This document shows positions 10,375 to 20,600 of a stretch of 64,000 bases of DNA, piece by piece. Origin of the DNA: a virus. Numbering within the stretch: position 1 is the first letter of the stretch; every line of letters begins with the position of its first letter. Under the pieces are notes generated by a model. The model saw only the letters and a list, made by a program, of their open reading frames with translations, had not been told where the DNA came from and searched no databases. Position numbers and translations under genes: made by a program. The stretch covers positions 1 through 64,000 of IMG/VR virus record IMGVR_UViG_3300014613_000017; one strand, 5' to 3'.

Positions 10375-10945
10375 TAGCCACACCAACCTTCATCAACACT
10401 TGAAGTATTTCATCTGCTGACTGATAAGCTGATTCCTTGTCACCTTGGTTCGACAATGAGTAATCACATTCAAAACTGTCATAATGCTGTTCAGTAGGAT
10501 GAGTAAGATCAGACTGTAGGAATACATCTCCTCGTTCTATTAATCTCTTCATTCTCTCTTCTTCATTTACAACAATGCGAACAAATGTAAATCCTCGATT
10601 TTTCAATGCTTCATATTCATTTGGCATTCTACAGTCTGTAACTACAATATTTTCTGAAGCAAATCTAAGCAGTTTACGCTCTTTCGCTTCATCGTCTATG
10701 TCCTTAAGTAAAGCTTTAATCCAAATCTCAGCATCAATTTCACGAAAATGAGTACCAACTGCCTGAAGTAATGCTCTAGGCTTCTTATCATCGCTTTCAT
10801 AAATATGAGGAAACCATTGTTTTGCTACAGTTTTTACATTGTCAGCAAACGCATATCTAGTAAATCCATAATGACTACTGAGATAATCAGCAATCATATC
10901 TTTACCTCCGCCCGCTGGGGAGATGAGTGCAATTTTAATTCCCAA
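10364..10945 (-). CDS. deoxynucleoside monophosphate kinase
   Basis: P-loop AGGGKD, AFAD..K, R..LQ..GT, DCRMPNE and H.TE motifs. Confidence 0.85.
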   Translation of the reverse strand: MGIKIALISPAGGGKDMIADYLSSHYGFTRYAFADNVKTVAKQWFPHIYESDDKKPRALLQAVGTHFREIDAEIWIKALLKDIDDEAKERKLLRFASENIVVTDCRMPNEYEALKNRGFTFVRIVVNEEERMKRLIERGDVFLQSDLTHPTEQHYDSFECDYSLSNQGDKESAYQSADEILQVLMKVGVANGA

Positions 10946-10979
10946 CTAATTCACCTCTTTCGATTATGATTATAATTTG

Positions 10980-11390
10980 TTATTTAACTAATTTACATTT
11001 ACTGAACCTCTCAGCGAGGTCAGTCCTAACTCTAATTGTATATGTTCGTGCTGTTCTCTTTCTCTCTTGATCTCTCATAGTTGTTTTGAGTCCATTTATA
11101 TGAGCGTCAAATTTAGAATTGTTGTTGATGATAGCTTTAATTCCAAAAAGTGTTTCCAACTCATCTTTAGCAGCCCTACGTTTTCGACTAGCTTTTTGAA
11201 TCTGCTTGGCGATATTAAAACCCTGAGATGCATTAAAGTTTTCAAACTCAGCTAAATGTTGCAAATCATTTATTTCTCCATCACATTTTGAAACAGTCTT
11301 GTTCAATTCATCAATACGCTTTGGTAAATTCTCAATTACATCTGCTAGTCCATTTGTTGCTTTTTGGAATACTTCAACTACATTCTGCAT
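10980..11390 (-). CDS. coiled-coil hypothetical phage protein
   Basis: DLQHLAEF...RKRRAAKD pattern. Confidence 0.75.
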   Translation of the reverse strand: MQNVVEVFQKATNGLADVIENLPKRIDELNKTVSKCDGEINDLQHLAEFENFNASQGFNIAKQIQKASRKRRAAKDELETLFGIKAIINNNSKFDAHINGLKTTMRDQERKRTARTYTIRVRTDLAERFSKCKLVK

Positions 11391-11469
11391 TTTCTTCCCC
11401 CATTTCCATATTATATATTTATTCTACACTTATAGTTTATTAATTACAAGTACAAGTTTAATTATTTTT

Positions 11470-11766
11470 TTATTGTGTCATCCCACTGTGATATTCTAAC
11501 AATTGCAGGGCTTTACGCTGAATTTCAGGCATGTTATATGGCAAATCAAATCCACTACTACCAGTAAAATCTTTAAAGTAATCATAGTAGATACCTACTT
11601 TTGACTCGCTGGGATGATTTTGTTGCATTTCAACCAACTCTTTACACCAATTATCAAACGTTGCGTCTGAGATATAGCTTGAGTCCATTTGGTAATATAG
11701 ACAGCTATGAACAAGTATCTGTCTTCTTCTTTGTTCAATTTTTTCTGTGATTGTTTGCAATCCCAT
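11470..11766 (-). CDS. stand-alone NAD-dependent DNA ligase subdomain Ia-like protein
   Basis: HSCLYYQMDSSYISDATFD matches the LigA Ia H..LY..D...I.D..YD pattern. Confidence 0.7.
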   Translation of the reverse strand: MGLQTITEKIEQRRRQILVHSCLYYQMDSSYISDATFDNWCKELVEMQQNHPSESKVGIYYDYFKDFTGSSGFDLPYNMPEIQRKALQLLEYHSGMTQ

Positions 11767-11783
11767 ATTCCTACTCCTTACAG

Positions 11784-11966
11784 TTAAATTAGCAACATAC
11801 GATAAACTTCAACTACTTCACCAAATCCGTTTTCTTTCAAGTGCTTTCGAAGATGATTTATAAATCCACCAACCATACCCTCAATTTCAACCATTGTGAA
11901 AGTCATATCTACTGTCTCACCATCTTTGTTGTGAAAAGTGTATTTAATCTTAAAATCATCGTTCAT
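11784..11966 (-). CDS. hypothetical protein
   Basis: GGAGG RBS before MNDDFK. Confidence 0.65.
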   Translation of the reverse strand: MNDDFKIKYTFHNKDGETVDMTFTMVEIEGMVGGFINHLRKHLKENGFGEVVEVYRMLLI

Positions 11967-12033
11967 GCCTCCAACTCCTTCCATTGATATCATCGTTCGT
12001 TTCGTGTTATTCTACATTCAATTAATAAAGTAT

Positions 12034-12063
12034 GAATAAAATTTCTAAGCGTTTGCCATACTA
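12034..12063 (+). promoter_or_regulatory. sigmaG-type promoter
   Basis: GAATA-N18-CATACTA matches the B. subtilis sigmaG consensus GHATR-N18-CATWHTA. Confidence 0.5.
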
Positions 12064-12095
12064 GCTCCATCAACTACAAAGGATCGGTGATAATA

Positions 12096-12281
12096 ATGGC
12101 TAACGAATACACTGAAGCAGAGAAAATGATTTTCGCATCATACGTTAATTTAGAGGTAGCTGCAATGCAAGCTGATAATGAAATCTGTAAAGCAAATGGC
12201 AGACCACCTAAATATGACAGTAGAGATTTTGGTAAAGCAATTCAATATGCACACAACACAATGCGTGGTAATGGATGGTAA
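12096..12281 (+). CDS. antisense-orientation hypothetical protein, 61 aa
   Basis: AAGGATCGGTGA RBS; own promoter; sits in an intergenic gap. Confidence 0.7.
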   Translation: MANEYTEAEKMIFASYVNLEVAAMQADNEICKANGRPPKYDSRDFGKAIQYAHNTMRGNGW

Positions 12282-12298
12282 TACTTATAATTGTTTAA

Positions 12299-12493
12299 TT
12301 ATTTTGTAATAAATTTATAAAGTGGTTTGGTGATAAATGTATATACTACTGCGGTTAAGAGTGTGAATATTACAATCTCAGTTGCCATTTCACCTAGCAC
12401 ATTAAAAAAAGTATCATTAAAATTAATATTACTACCCCTTGTCACTGCTGAAACTGTCAATAAAAACAGTAAAACTTCTTCTCTTCTTTTCAT
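12299..12493 (-). CDS. small membrane protein
   Basis: Two hydrophobic stretches; GGAGG RBS. Confidence 0.7.
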   Translation of the reverse strand: MKRREEVLLFLLTVSAVTRGSNINFNDTFFNVLGEMATEIVIFTLLTAVVYTFITKPLYKFITK

Positions 12494-12532
12494 GTCTGAC
12501 CTCCTTTGTATTAAAACGTTTCTTTTATACTA

Positions 12533-12679
12533 TTAGACTAAAACGCCTGAATGTTCTATTTCCAAGTCATTTTCCCCACAACTTGCACATTTGGTAGGCT
12601 CTTGAAAATTATCATCTTCCCACTGAATCTTGTATTCCATATCGCAATTATTGCAATGTACGAATTGAAACATTTTCAT
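12533..12679 (-). CDS. zinc-ribbon protein, 48 aa
   Basis: Read by eye: CNNC...CASC; bracketed by palindromes at 12512 and 12710. Confidence 0.7.
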   Translation of the reverse strand: MKMFQFVHCNNCDMEYKIQWEDDNFQEPTKCASCGENDLEIEHSGVLV

Positions 12680-12722
12680 TTATAACATCTCCTTGTGTCG
12701 CTTTTTTAGTAAAAGATTACTT

Positions 12723-12962
12723 TTATACGTTCACTCTTCTTACTGATTGATAGCCTATCGTGAAAAATCTTCTTCCAAGATTAAACCACAGTTCATATCT
12801 AGTTGTAAGGTGAGTTGGCAGCTCGTCATATCCGTTAAAGTGGTTGGGTGATTGTGTTTTTTGGACACCTGCTGAAAATGACCACTCCTTGCGACTGCTA
12901 TGCTTCTCTGTAGACGTATAAAACCCTGACTTATAATTGTCTATCGTGTATTCTTCTTCCAT
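12723..12962 (-). CDS. hypothetical protein
   Basis: RBS; bracketed by palindromes at 12710 and 12982. Confidence 0.7.
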   Translation of the reverse strand: MEEEYTIDNYKSGFYTSTEKHSSRKEWSFSAGVQKTQSPNHFNGYDELPTHLTTRYELWFNLGRRFFTIGYQSVRRVNV

Positions 12963-12987
12963 CAGATCAGCTCCTTTCCATTAAAAT

Positions 12988-13164
12988 CTAGTTTTTACTT
13001 TCTTCGCTCAGTACCTTCTTAATATGACTAACCAATTCAATCTCAATATTAACGTGTCTCACATTACGTCTCTTCAGTGATTCGATTGAATCTGTGAGCT
13101 GCGACTTGATCCGAGTGAGAATAAATTTGTCATCGCTGTCTAATATGTGTCTACCATTGCTCAT
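12988..13164 (-). CDS. hypothetical protein, 58 aa
   Basis: Read by eye (MSNGRHILD...); stop codon falls in the 12982 palindrome spacer. Confidence 0.6.
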   Translation of the reverse strand: MSNGRHILDSDDKFILTRIKSQLTDSIESLKRRNVRHVNIEIELVSHIKKVLSEESKN

Positions 13165-13167
13165 AAT

Positions 13168-13335
13168 TTATTTATTCCTTTTCGATGACTCAATTGACTC
13201 ACCTAATGCCAATATGCCTATTGCAACCCACATTGGCATCACATCTTTCCAAGTAGTGTCTATTTCAGCGTAATATGAAACTACAATACTTAAAAAGTTA
13301 ATTACAACAAAAGCCCATAGCAAACCTTTTGCCAT
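13168..13335 (-). CDS. two-TM membrane protein, 55 aa
   Basis: Read by eye (MAKGLLWAFVV...). Confidence 0.6.
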   Translation of the reverse strand: MAKGLLWAFVVINFLSIVVSYYAEIDTTWKDVMPMWVAIGILALGESIESSKRNK

Positions 13336-13340
13336 TTAGT

Positions 13341-13592
13341 TTATCCCCCTTGTAATTCCATTTCGATTATTTTAGCATCGCTGATTTCTCCCCAACCCTC
13401 TACGATTTCACTTTCCCAACGAAAACGAACAGTCGGCTCTTTCGTCATGTAGTCGTAGTGAATGTAAGGCGTGTATCCATCATCAAGTAAATACTGACTT
13501 GCTAATCTAAACGATGTGAATGCAGCTACTACTTGGTGATCGTAATCTTCATATGATTCCCCATTGTCTCGGTCAATCAAGTAAATTTTCAT
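13341..13592 (-). CDS. hypothetical protein
   Basis: RBS; compact ORF. Confidence 0.75.
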   Translation of the reverse strand: MKIYLIDRDNGESYEDYDHQVVAAFTSFRLASQYLLDDGYTPYIHYDYMTKEPTVRFRWESEIVEGWGEISDAKIIEMELQGG

Positions 13593-13626
13593 TGCGTCAT
13601 CTCCTAATAAAAGACTCGTTTTAACT

Positions 13627-14082
13627 TCAGCTATCTCTAAGTGTCAACTTCATCTCATCTAATTTATCTTTTATTTCCCTCGCTGATCGCACATTGATAT
13701 TTCTAATATTTAATAATTCTTCATCTGTTAGCGTCAATATGGATGCTAGACTGTTAATCCCTTTTCTTTTTAATGCATTATAGGTGCGAACGCTAAAATC
13801 TAATTCCTCAATTGTGTAATTTGCTCGATCCACTTCAGTTAGCATGGTAGTGATTTCTCCTACTGAGCATCCGTCATAAATGTTGAAGTCTCTCATGTAA
13901 GAAAACTCATCATCTTCAAACTCTTCCTTGTTTAACTTGATTGCTGAGAGTGCTTCTTCTTTAGTATTAAAGATTATGGCGAAATGAAGATATGTTGAGT
14001 AATGTCCTTTATGTGTTACAAATTGAATACCCTCTTCTTCATCTTCCTTGTAGCAAACATAATAAGGTTCTATTAGTTCCAT
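13627..14082 (-). CDS. protein with C-terminal RNA polymerase alpha-CTD domain
   Basis: IEELDFSVRTYNALKRKGINS...LLNIRN matches RpoA IEEL.LSVR.YN.LKRAGI. Confidence 0.85.
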   Translation of the reverse strand: MELIEPYYVCYKEDEEEGIQFVTHKGHYSTYLHFAIIFNTKEEALSAIKLNKEEFEDDEFSYMRDFNIYDGCSVGEITTMLTEVDRANYTIEELDFSVRTYNALKRKGINSLASILTLTDEELLNIRNINVRSAREIKDKLDEMKLTLRDS

Positions 14083-14113
14083 TTGCGATCCTCCCCTTGA
14101 AACTTAGATTTTA

Positions 14114-14392
14114 TTAAACTTCTGATTCAATTTCTCTTATTTCTTTTTTTAATTGTTTCATCAATTTTCTTTTTTCTTTTAAGTCTGAATCTCTTTGTTT
14201 CTCTAATTCTTCAATAGTAACAACGGGTATAACAGCGGAATTTTGTAAAAAGTTGGCTCTTCCTTCACTATCTACAAGAACGCCTCCACACTTTTCACAG
14301 TCGATATTTTTAGTGTTCGCAGTGACTTCTCCGAAAAACTCTAGTGGATATGTTTGTTGACATCTACTTGTCTGACAAACTACATATGTCAT
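14114..14392 (-). CDS. zinc-finger plus coiled-coil protein
   Basis: C-x4-C...CEKC. Confidence 0.7.
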   Translation of the reverse strand: MTYVVCQTSRCQQTYPLEFFGEVTANTKNIDCEKCGGVLVDSEGRANFLQNSAVIPVVTIEELEKQRDSDLKEKRKLMKQLKKEIREIESEV

Positions 14393-14456
14393 TTTTAATT
14401 CCTCCTCTTCTTAATAAAACCTGACTTTTATTTTATTTTAACTTGAGTGAAGAAAA

Positions 14457-14711
14457 TCATTCATATTCAGAAAGAATGTTTAAAATCTCCTCTATTCCGT
14501 CTTCGTCAGCGAAGCCTAGGCTATCTAAAGCGTCAAGAACATCCTCATCTTCGTTAGGAAATTGCTCTTCTACTTGATACATGAATCCCTTTTTATCACC
14601 AGTCTTTCCATATTCATTCGGTATCATTGTGTATGAAAAATTCGCATTTCTATAAGTCAATTCCTTTTTAACCTTACCATCTGCTGTATAGGTCACTTTG
14701 TATTCTGCCAT
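14457..14711 (-). CDS. hypothetical acidic protein
   Basis: RBS; compact ORF. Confidence 0.7.
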   Translation of the reverse strand: MAEYKVTYTADGKVKKELTYRNANFSYTMIPNEYGKTGDKKGFMYQVEEQFPNEDEDVLDALDSLGFADEDGIEEILNILSEYE

Positions 14712-14763
14712 TTTATTTCCTCTTTTCTAATGTTTTTTGTTTGCTGTTTTGTCGCACTGATAT

Positions 14764-15018
14764 TTATTCTTCACCATTAATTTTTAATGCGTTTATTGAT
14801 AGTTGATTTATTGTAAAACTCAAACCTGAAGAGATTTTTCTTATTTCTTTTAATGACTGATCTTTTACTTCAATATATTTCTCTAGCTGTTTAGTTTTTT
14901 CGGCTTGTTCTACTAGCCAATCCATTTCTTCAATACTGACACGTCTATAATTGCTCCAACCATTTTCATTTTTAAAGATACGCTCCTTAATATCTTTTAG
15001 ATTTATTTGATATTCCAT
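14764..15018 (-). CDS. hypothetical protein (WLVEQAE motif)
   Basis: Shares WL.EQAE with 48095..48466. Confidence 0.65.
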   Translation of the reverse strand: MEYQINLKDIKERIFKNENGWSNYRRVSIEEMDWLVEQAEKTKQLEKYIEVKDQSLKEIRKISSGLSFTINQLSINALKINGEE

Positions 15019-15123
15019 CAAACTCATTCCTTTCATTTGGTTAATTTTTTCTCGGTTTTATATTTCCATTGTTTTTAACAATTTGTTATTATGAAGTCAC
15101 TATAGTTTAAGTGAGTGATTTAA

Positions 15124-15453
15124 TTGGCAGAGAAACCACTAGCAAGAAGAATGGACGACATTGAACAAGTTATGCAACTCATTCTTAAATCCCAAGAAAA
15201 TTTAACTGGTACTACTACGCTATTTCAGGATTCGTTGGTTGAATTCCAGTCGTCTCTTAGCGAATTAAAACGCGATTCCTTTAACTATTTAAAAGGAATT
15301 GAATCATTAAATGACTCAGACTCTCTACCACAAGAGTGGAACGAAATTATTAGTTATTCTATTGCAAATGATATTTCAACTGAGTATATCATGCAGATGA
15401 TAAAAATATTTAATGGCGACTTTATAAGAAAAAAAGATTCTCTTAGTAAGTAG
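15124..15453 (+). CDS. antisense-orientation coiled-coil protein with C-terminal Sin (SinI/SinR)-like helical hairpin
   Basis: LPQEWNEIISYSIANDISTEYIMQMI resembles the LD.EW..L...A....IS.E.I..F pattern. Confidence 0.6.
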   Translation: MAEKPLARRMDDIEQVMQLILKSQENLTGTTTLFQDSLVEFQSSLSELKRDSFNYLKGIESLNDSDSLPQEWNEIISYSIANDISTEYIMQMIKIFNGDFIRKKDSLSK

Positions 15454-15465
15454 TTATTATTGATT

Positions 15466-15663
15466 TTAACCCTCAAAAAACTCCAATGCTTGGAACTCAC
15501 TTTCATAGATGTTATAAGTTTGTTCTTTGCCTTCTTTTAATACTTCACAAATTTGGCATTCTCCATCATGTCTTAGTAATACAACGTCCACTATTTCACC
15601 GTTTTCAAAATAATGTTTACCTCCATAAATCCATTCTCTATCAATAATTTTAGCTTTTAACAT
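15466..15663 (-). CDS. hypothetical protein
   Basis: RBS; compact ORF. Confidence 0.7.
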   Translation of the reverse strand: MLKAKIIDREWIYGGKHYFENGEIVDVVLLRHDGECQICEVLKEGKEQTYNIYESEFQALEFFEG

Positions 15664-15912
15664 GTTATCTGCTCCTTCGTATTTTGTTTTTTCTCCAATA
15701 AAATGATTGTTTTATTCGATACATATTTACTTGTTTTAATTACAATATTAGAATTTGTTAATCAAGTGCTTTAAAGACTGTTGTATCAACGTTTATTGAG
15801 TGTGACATTACGAAATGCTGAAAAACCTGATATTTGACTAAAAATGCTAGTTTTCATCGTTACCCAATAAAAGATGAATTTTATTTTATTTTATTTGATT
15901 ATAATTTACTAT

Positions 15913-16203
15913 TTAGGTACGTTCTAAGCGATGAACTAATTTCAATGTATCTAATGTGATATCCTCTTTATATTTCCACAGCTCAGCATCACTAAATATA
16001 TTTACTGAGAATAAAATTTCTGTAATTTCAGCTTCGTCTGATTCGTTTGTTTCAACATTAACCAATTTATAATCCATCTGATCCAGAATATATTTTGCTA
16101 ACTCAATTGCAGCTTTACGCTTCAGCATATCATTGAACTTTTCATCTCCATTGAATGATTGCAACTCACGTTTATTAAGTGATTGAATCACATTACATTT
16201 CAT
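15913..16203 (-). CDS. hypothetical protein
   Basis: ATGA overlap with the upstream ORF. Confidence 0.7.
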   Translation of the reverse strand: MKCNVIQSLNKRELQSFNGDEKFNDMLKRKAAIELAKYILDQMDYKLVNVETNESDEAEITEILFSVNIFSDAELWKYKEDITLDTLKLVHRLERT

Positions 16204-16394
16204 TCAGATTCACCCACCCATTTGAATTCGCCGTCTACTAAATACATTATTACTCCATGCTCATTCTTAAAGATAAGCGTTTCTTCTTCATATGCCTCAT
16301 AATCCATACCCATAAATGTAATTACTGATCCAACTTTGTAGTCATGCTGTCCTTCTAAAGCAGTTGCTAATCTACCATGTTTCAATTCCATCAT
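16200..16394 (-). CDS. hypothetical protein
   Basis: Coupled ORF. Confidence 0.65.
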   Translation of the reverse strand: MMELKHGRLATALEGQHDYKVGSVITFMGMDYEAYEEETLIFKNEHGVIMYLVDGEFKWVGESE

Positions 16395-16572
16395 CTCCTA
16401 TAACATCAAATTCCAAGCTTACGTCACCATAGATATCAAATCCTGCGTATGTTAGATAGTTGTATATTTTGCTTTTTAGTTCTGTTTTGATTAGTCGAAA
16501 GTCGTTGTCGCTGATATCATTGAGCGATTGCACATTCTCGATGAAGTTTACATTGTATTGTAGTTGCATCAA
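16372..16572 (-). CDS. hypothetical protein
   Basis: AAGGAG RBS. Confidence 0.65.
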   Translation of the reverse strand: MMQLQYNVNFIENVQSLNDISDNDFRLIKTELKSKIYNYLTYAGFDIYGDVSLEFDVIGDDGIETW

Positions 16573-16613
16573 ATTCTCCTTTTTGTGATTATAATTTATT
16601 ATTTAAATTAGTG

Positions 16614-16874
16614 TTAATATTTAGGTCTTTCTTCGTTTTCACAATCTTCGTAGCCTTCTCTGTATCCTTCTGCATAAGAGTCATTGTCCGTGCCTGTGCC
16701 TGTTAAATCGTGTAGAAATCGTACTACCTCATCAACAAGCTTTTGTTCAGTTGATGTGGACAAATCATTTTCTGATAAGATGCTGTCTAACTGGAGAACA
16801 AAGCTAGAAATTAGCCCGTCTCCATCCTTCTGTAGTAATGTGTTAATGTCATACTGATAATCATGTGAGTTCAT
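16614..16874 (-). CDS. hypothetical acidic protein
   Basis: RBS; Y..GY..GY motif. Confidence 0.7.
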   Translation of the reverse strand: MNSHDYQYDINTLLQKDGDGLISSFVLQLDSILSENDLSTSTEQKLVDEVVRFLHDLTGTGTDNDSYAEGYREGYEDCENEERPKY

Positions 16875-16905
16875 TTTCTTTTCCCCTTTTTGTTTTTATA
16901 ATTTA

Positions 16906-17589
16906 TTATTTCTTATAAATCTTAACTTGTAATGTCTGTCTTCCAAATTGTTGTGCTTTTCCTAAATCTGCGATATAGATGTCTAGCCTGCCATTCACGA
17001 TATGTCCACCACGATCCTCGCATACTCGAACACCATAACCTTCAATTTCAATCTTCGTTCCAAATGGAATTGACCTAGGGCAAGCTAATGTTCGTCCTTC
17101 TTTAACATATTCTCCACTTGCAGTTTCTCCGTATCCTTTATCGCCTTTACGTTTACCTGTTGATTCGTAACCTGCTGTGTATGCTGTAATTTCATATACA
17201 TAAGTTTTTACACTACTAGCCTGTCCTCGACTGACACTTGCAACTTGAGTCTTTTTCTTCTGCTGTTTCATTTTCTCTTTCTTCTTAGCCTCTCTCTTAG
17301 CGACTAAATCAGCAACCCTCTTTTCCTCAGCTAATTTTTCTGCTGCTATTCTTTTACTCTTTAATTCTTGATGGTAGCTTACTAATTGATTACTTTTGAT
17401 CTCTTGTAATTCGTCTGTATATTCAATATATACGGTTTGGATATCATTGTCAACACTTATAATTGATTTATTTTGGATTTCTTTTTCGGTAGATAATTGG
17501 CTGACTGACATGGTGAATAATAACACTGTACCCCATGTGATTAATACTGTGAATAATGTTGCTAGTTTTAAGTTGTTCATATAATACAC
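16906..17589 (-). CDS. membrane-anchored 3D-domain cell-wall protein (YorM-like)
   Basis: N-terminal TM, coiled coil, ITAYT...TASG...IPFGT...EDRGG...LDIY. Confidence 0.88.
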   Translation of the reverse strand: MYYMNNLKLATLFTVLITWGTVLLFTMSVSQLSTEKEIQNKSIISVDNDIQTVYIEYTDELQEIKSNQLVSYHQELKSKRIAAEKLAEEKRVADLVAKREAKKKEKMKQQKKKTQVASVSRGQASSVKTYVYEITAYTAGYESTGKRKGDKGYGETASGEYVKEGRTLACPRSIPFGTKIEIEGYGVRVCEDRGGHIVNGRLDIYIADLGKAQQFGRQTLQVKIYKK

Positions 17590-17697
17590 TTAATAACTCA
17601 CATACTTCATTGAAGATAATAAATAACTAGAATAGTCTAGTGTATCTTCTTTGCAAGTTTAAGCTAACCCCTTCCTCGTCCTTGATTATTTTTTATG

Positions 17698-20600
17698 TTA
17701 GTTGTTGTATCTTTTAATTATTTTACATAGATTGATCCAATTTTCTGTTTTATCTTCATTTTTTACCCACTTATTATTTTCCATTTTCCAAGCGTTCTTC
17801 GTTTCTACATCCAATATCTGAATAATATCTCCTTTATGAAGCAACTTAGATTCTTCAAAGTAAAAATGAGTCTTTGGAATTTTATAAGATAACTCTTCTC
17901 CATCAGATAATCTATATGTCGTAGCTCTAGGTGTGTATTTTTCATTTACTTCTAACACTAGAAACACCGAATCTCCAACTTCAGGGTACTTTGTGATTGC
18001 ATATCCTAGAACATCTTTTTCAAACACTATTTGTTCTATTAGATTAGGTTTTCTTTTCTCAGATTGCATTATACTTAATTGCATCTCTTCTAATGTTTCC
18101 ATTCTTTTTATTTTCGTCTTTTCAATATGATTTTTACTGTATTTGTCTCGGAATTCTTCATATATCTCAAGCAGTTTTATTTTGCATCCAAAGTCAGAAA
18201 AGAAATCTAATTTAATCAGCGTTGAGATATGTGTTTTATTCAACTTAGTGTTTTCCACTATACCTACTAACAAATCAAGAAAAGAATCATACTCATTCTC
18301 TTTAGATAGTTCAAATAACTCTTCTGCAACAGAGACATTCATATATTTTATAGAGCCAATTCCTTTATATATACTGTTTGATGCCTCATCTACTGAGTAA
18401 TCCCCTCGTGACTTTCCATACTTTATAGATTCAACTTTAATACCGAAATACTTAAGTTCTTTCATTATTTTAGCTGTTTGAGCTATATTGCCTCTGTATA
18501 TATTCAAGACAACAGAATAATATACTAAGGGAAATTTTGCTTTAAGGTATGCCCCATAAACACTATCCAGTGCAACAGAATAGGCATGAGAAGCATTGAA
18601 GCCATAACCAACGCTATCTTCAAGAATTTTCCATACTCTAAGTGCGTTTTCTTCACTTCCTGTTTTATCTACAAATCCCTTAATAAATCTATCATGAATA
18701 GGCTCTATAACTCCTTCTTTCTTTTTTGCAATAGCCTTTAATAATCCATATGTTTCATCTTCAGAAAATCCTGCATAGACTAGAGCAGACATTATATTCT
18801 CTTGATAAAGAATGTAATTATCACTTTCTTGCAGTATTTCATCAAACTCTGGTATACCGTATGAAAACCCTTCTCTGTTCAAGAAGTAGGATTTCATAGA
18901 AGAGAAAGCAGGTCTAATTGCAGATACCCATCCAGACAATTCTCGGATATTCTTTGGTCTATATTGGACAACTTGAGGTGTTCCACTATCCGTCCCTGTC
19001 TGATTTAATGTAGCAGTCAATCCTTTTTCATATAAGTCCCATACTTTAGAATCATTTTCTACTAATTTACTCAAGGTTCTTACATCTGGTATAGGCTCGT
19101 TTATAGCTTTAAATGTGTCTGCTATTATTTTCCAAACTGTGACTGTTAAATAATCATTCTTGAGATAATTCCATGAATCTGATGTTGTTGAATCAATAAG
19201 AGCACAATACTCATCTCCTACTCTTATAACTCCAACCTCCTCAGAAATTGGTTGTGATAGAAGTAGTGCAGCACATGGATGAGGAGACACTGAATCAATC
19301 ACTCCAATGAAGATTCTTGAGTCTTCAATGATCTTACCCCATTTTGGATGATTCTTATATGAGTCTAAGTCTTTCCCTACATCATTGAATTCCTCTGTCT
19401 TCATACCATACGCTCTACAAAGATTTCTAAATGCTTCCGATTCTTGCATTGTTCCATAAGCAGTCATTAATAGACAACTATCTTCTCCTAGTATTTCCTT
19501 AGTGGCTTGAATAAAAGGAACTGGGTCTGCTGTATTGAAATCAATATCAGGTAAACTTTTCGTCTCAAGTATTCTGGAAATTGACATGAACCTTGTAGGA
19601 TATAATGTGATAGGAGCATCTAATCTATCTACTTCAGTAAATCCAAGTAGCTTGTTCAAGTAGAAAGAAGGAGCAGAGCCACGCCCTGTCATAGTCAGAA
19701 CTCCTCCCAATTCCTTACCTCGCTTGATGATAGGGTAATTAAGAAGAAAGTAATCTTCTGTACTAGTCTTATCTATTATATTCATTTCAAAACGGATAGC
19801 TTCCATATACTCTTGATGTTTCTCTTTTGGGATATTTCCTCTGTCTTTGTTCCATTCTTCACTGACAATCGTTTTTAGTTTCAATACTTTTTCTTCATGG
19901 GTCAGATCAGGGTAAATAGAAGGCATTTTAAATACATCTCTATTCATAACGATCTCTTCAAATGTATCAACAATCAACGTATTCCTTAGAGATTCTTCTA
20001 CTTGTTCTCTGGTAAATACACCTTGTTCTTCAAATCTTTCAAAGATTCGATGCGGTTCAGGGTAATCTAAAATGAATCCATCTTCTTCTGGGTAATTAAT
20101 TCCTTTGCCTTTTAATAGTAAGTCTCTCCACTTTGCATCCTCTTCATAGATATAATGAGTGTCTGTTGCAAAAATGAATGGTATCCCATATTTTTCGTGT
20201 AGTCTCAAAAGTTTTTTATTATAATCTACTTGCTTTATATTTGTATTGTCATGAATCTCTAAGTAGAAATTGTCTCCAAAATAATTATGGCAATCTACGA
20301 TAAAACATTCATCTTCATACAAATTATACGGACTTGCGATACATGTAGATGTGACCAATACATCATTAGAATTCAGTGAAAATAATAATTCTCTGTCTAT
20401 TCTTGGACGATAATAAAAACCAGTTTTACTCGCCTCGCTTATTAATCTTGTTAGTTGTTTCTTACCTGAGTTATTTTTGGCTAAAATTAATAAATGAGCA
20501 TTCGTTCTATCTTTTTCTGTTCTATCATTCACAAAATAAAACTCTACTCCAAATACCATCTTCAAACCGTATTTCTTGGCTATATCATAGTACTCATATA

